DNA of 43,870 bases, taken from the NCBI GenBank assembly GCA_022703965.1, contig JAKJHH010000002.1, forward strand, positions 1-43,870. The letters are read 5' to 3'. The DNA is from Verrucomicrobiota bacterium. Lineage in GTDB: Bacteria; Verrucomicrobiota; Lentisphaeria; Victivallales; UBA1829. This document shows, piece after piece, positions 43,593 to 43,870 of the stretch (the first letter of the stretch is position 1; every line of letters starts with the position of its first letter). The notes under the pieces are model-generated. The model searched no databases and was not told the DNA's origin. It worked only from the letters and a program-made list of their open reading frames with translations. The translations under genes and the position numbers were made by a program.

Positions 43593-43870
43593 TTATCGAG
43601 GCAGGTAATCTTTATCGAAAATATTTGTGCCGGTGAATTTATATGCACTGACGTGTCCGTCCTTGAAAAGAAAATTCGCCTGCCGGGAGTGGAGATTCCA
43701 TCCGACAGCGTAAGCAGTAGCCGAACTCGGCCATGCATCCGTGTTAAGTGCAACAAGGTAACCAGTACAGGTGTTAACAATTGAGGCACTGATTCCATTA
43801 TAATCCTTCTCGCCCATAATAGCCGCACCATCTTTTATTCTGTCAAAGCGTCTGTATATTCCAGGAGCTG
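43593..43870 (-). CDS. Prepilin-type H-X9-DG family protein, C-terminal part (5' end lies outside the window)
   Basis: The frame stays open to the window edge. The C-terminus carries HSRQANFLFKDGHVSAY (H-X9-DG). The stop is 17 nt before the start of the 39703-43575 hydrolase. Confidence 0.8.
   Translation of the reverse strand, partial: APGIYRRFDRIKDGAAIMGEKDYNGISASIVNTCTGYLVALNTDAWPSSATAYAVGWNLHSRQANFLFKDGHVSAYKFTGTNIFDKDYLPR

Noticed and set aside
1-43870. Mobile-element, CRISPR, tRNA or rRNA content, or horizontal-transfer boundaries for the CAZyme island.
   Set aside because: I saw no transposase, integrase or recombinase-like ORF, no regularly spaced repeat array, and no tRNA-like T-arm or acceptor pattern. 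Composition looks uniform by eye. The island appears to be native paralogous expansion rather than a recent insertion.

Overview
Gene-dense 43.9-kb chromosomal window that looks like a PVC-superphylum genome (Lentisphaerota/Kiritimatiellota-like). The lineage call is an inference from the repeated [17 protein letters not shown] prepilin-type H-X9-DG proteins. The left edge (1-1412) is the 3' end of a type III export-gate operon (fliP/sctR partial, fliQ, fliR). Almost all the rest is a glycan-utilisation island. It holds five giant (about 1,100-1,300 aa) signal-peptide glycoside hydrolases: a GH2, two clan GH-A enzymes with CBM9-like C-termini, a LamG + GH42-like protein, and a CBM + GH5-like gene split by a frameshift. 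Each sits directly behind its own small prepilin-like H-X9-DG gene. The island also carries 2 LacI and 3 AraC regulators, a cytoplasmic GH38 alpha-mannosidase, a heparinase II/III-like protein, and dehydrogenase / xylose-isomerase-like TIM-barrel pairs. I recognised no SusC/D, TonB-dependent receptor, ABC or MFS transporter. A housekeeping-looking block (metalloenzyme, TM-anchored small protein, trpD, Kv-type K+ channel) sits at 28.7-32.0 kb. I found no rRNA, tRNA, CRISPR array, transposase or integrase. The main candidate for an undescribed system is the five-fold repeated module 'H-X9-DG pseudopilin-like gene -> giant secreted CAZyme (+ LacI/AraC)'. Secondary points: a 164-nt element closed by a 19-bp inverted repeat in the GH38 leader; a frameshift at a (CT)3 tract that splits one giant hydrolase; non-glycine -1 residues in every prepilin motif; and near-consensus divergent promoters with direct-repeat candidate operators. 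All family calls rest on motifs read by eye from the translations. No database search was run.
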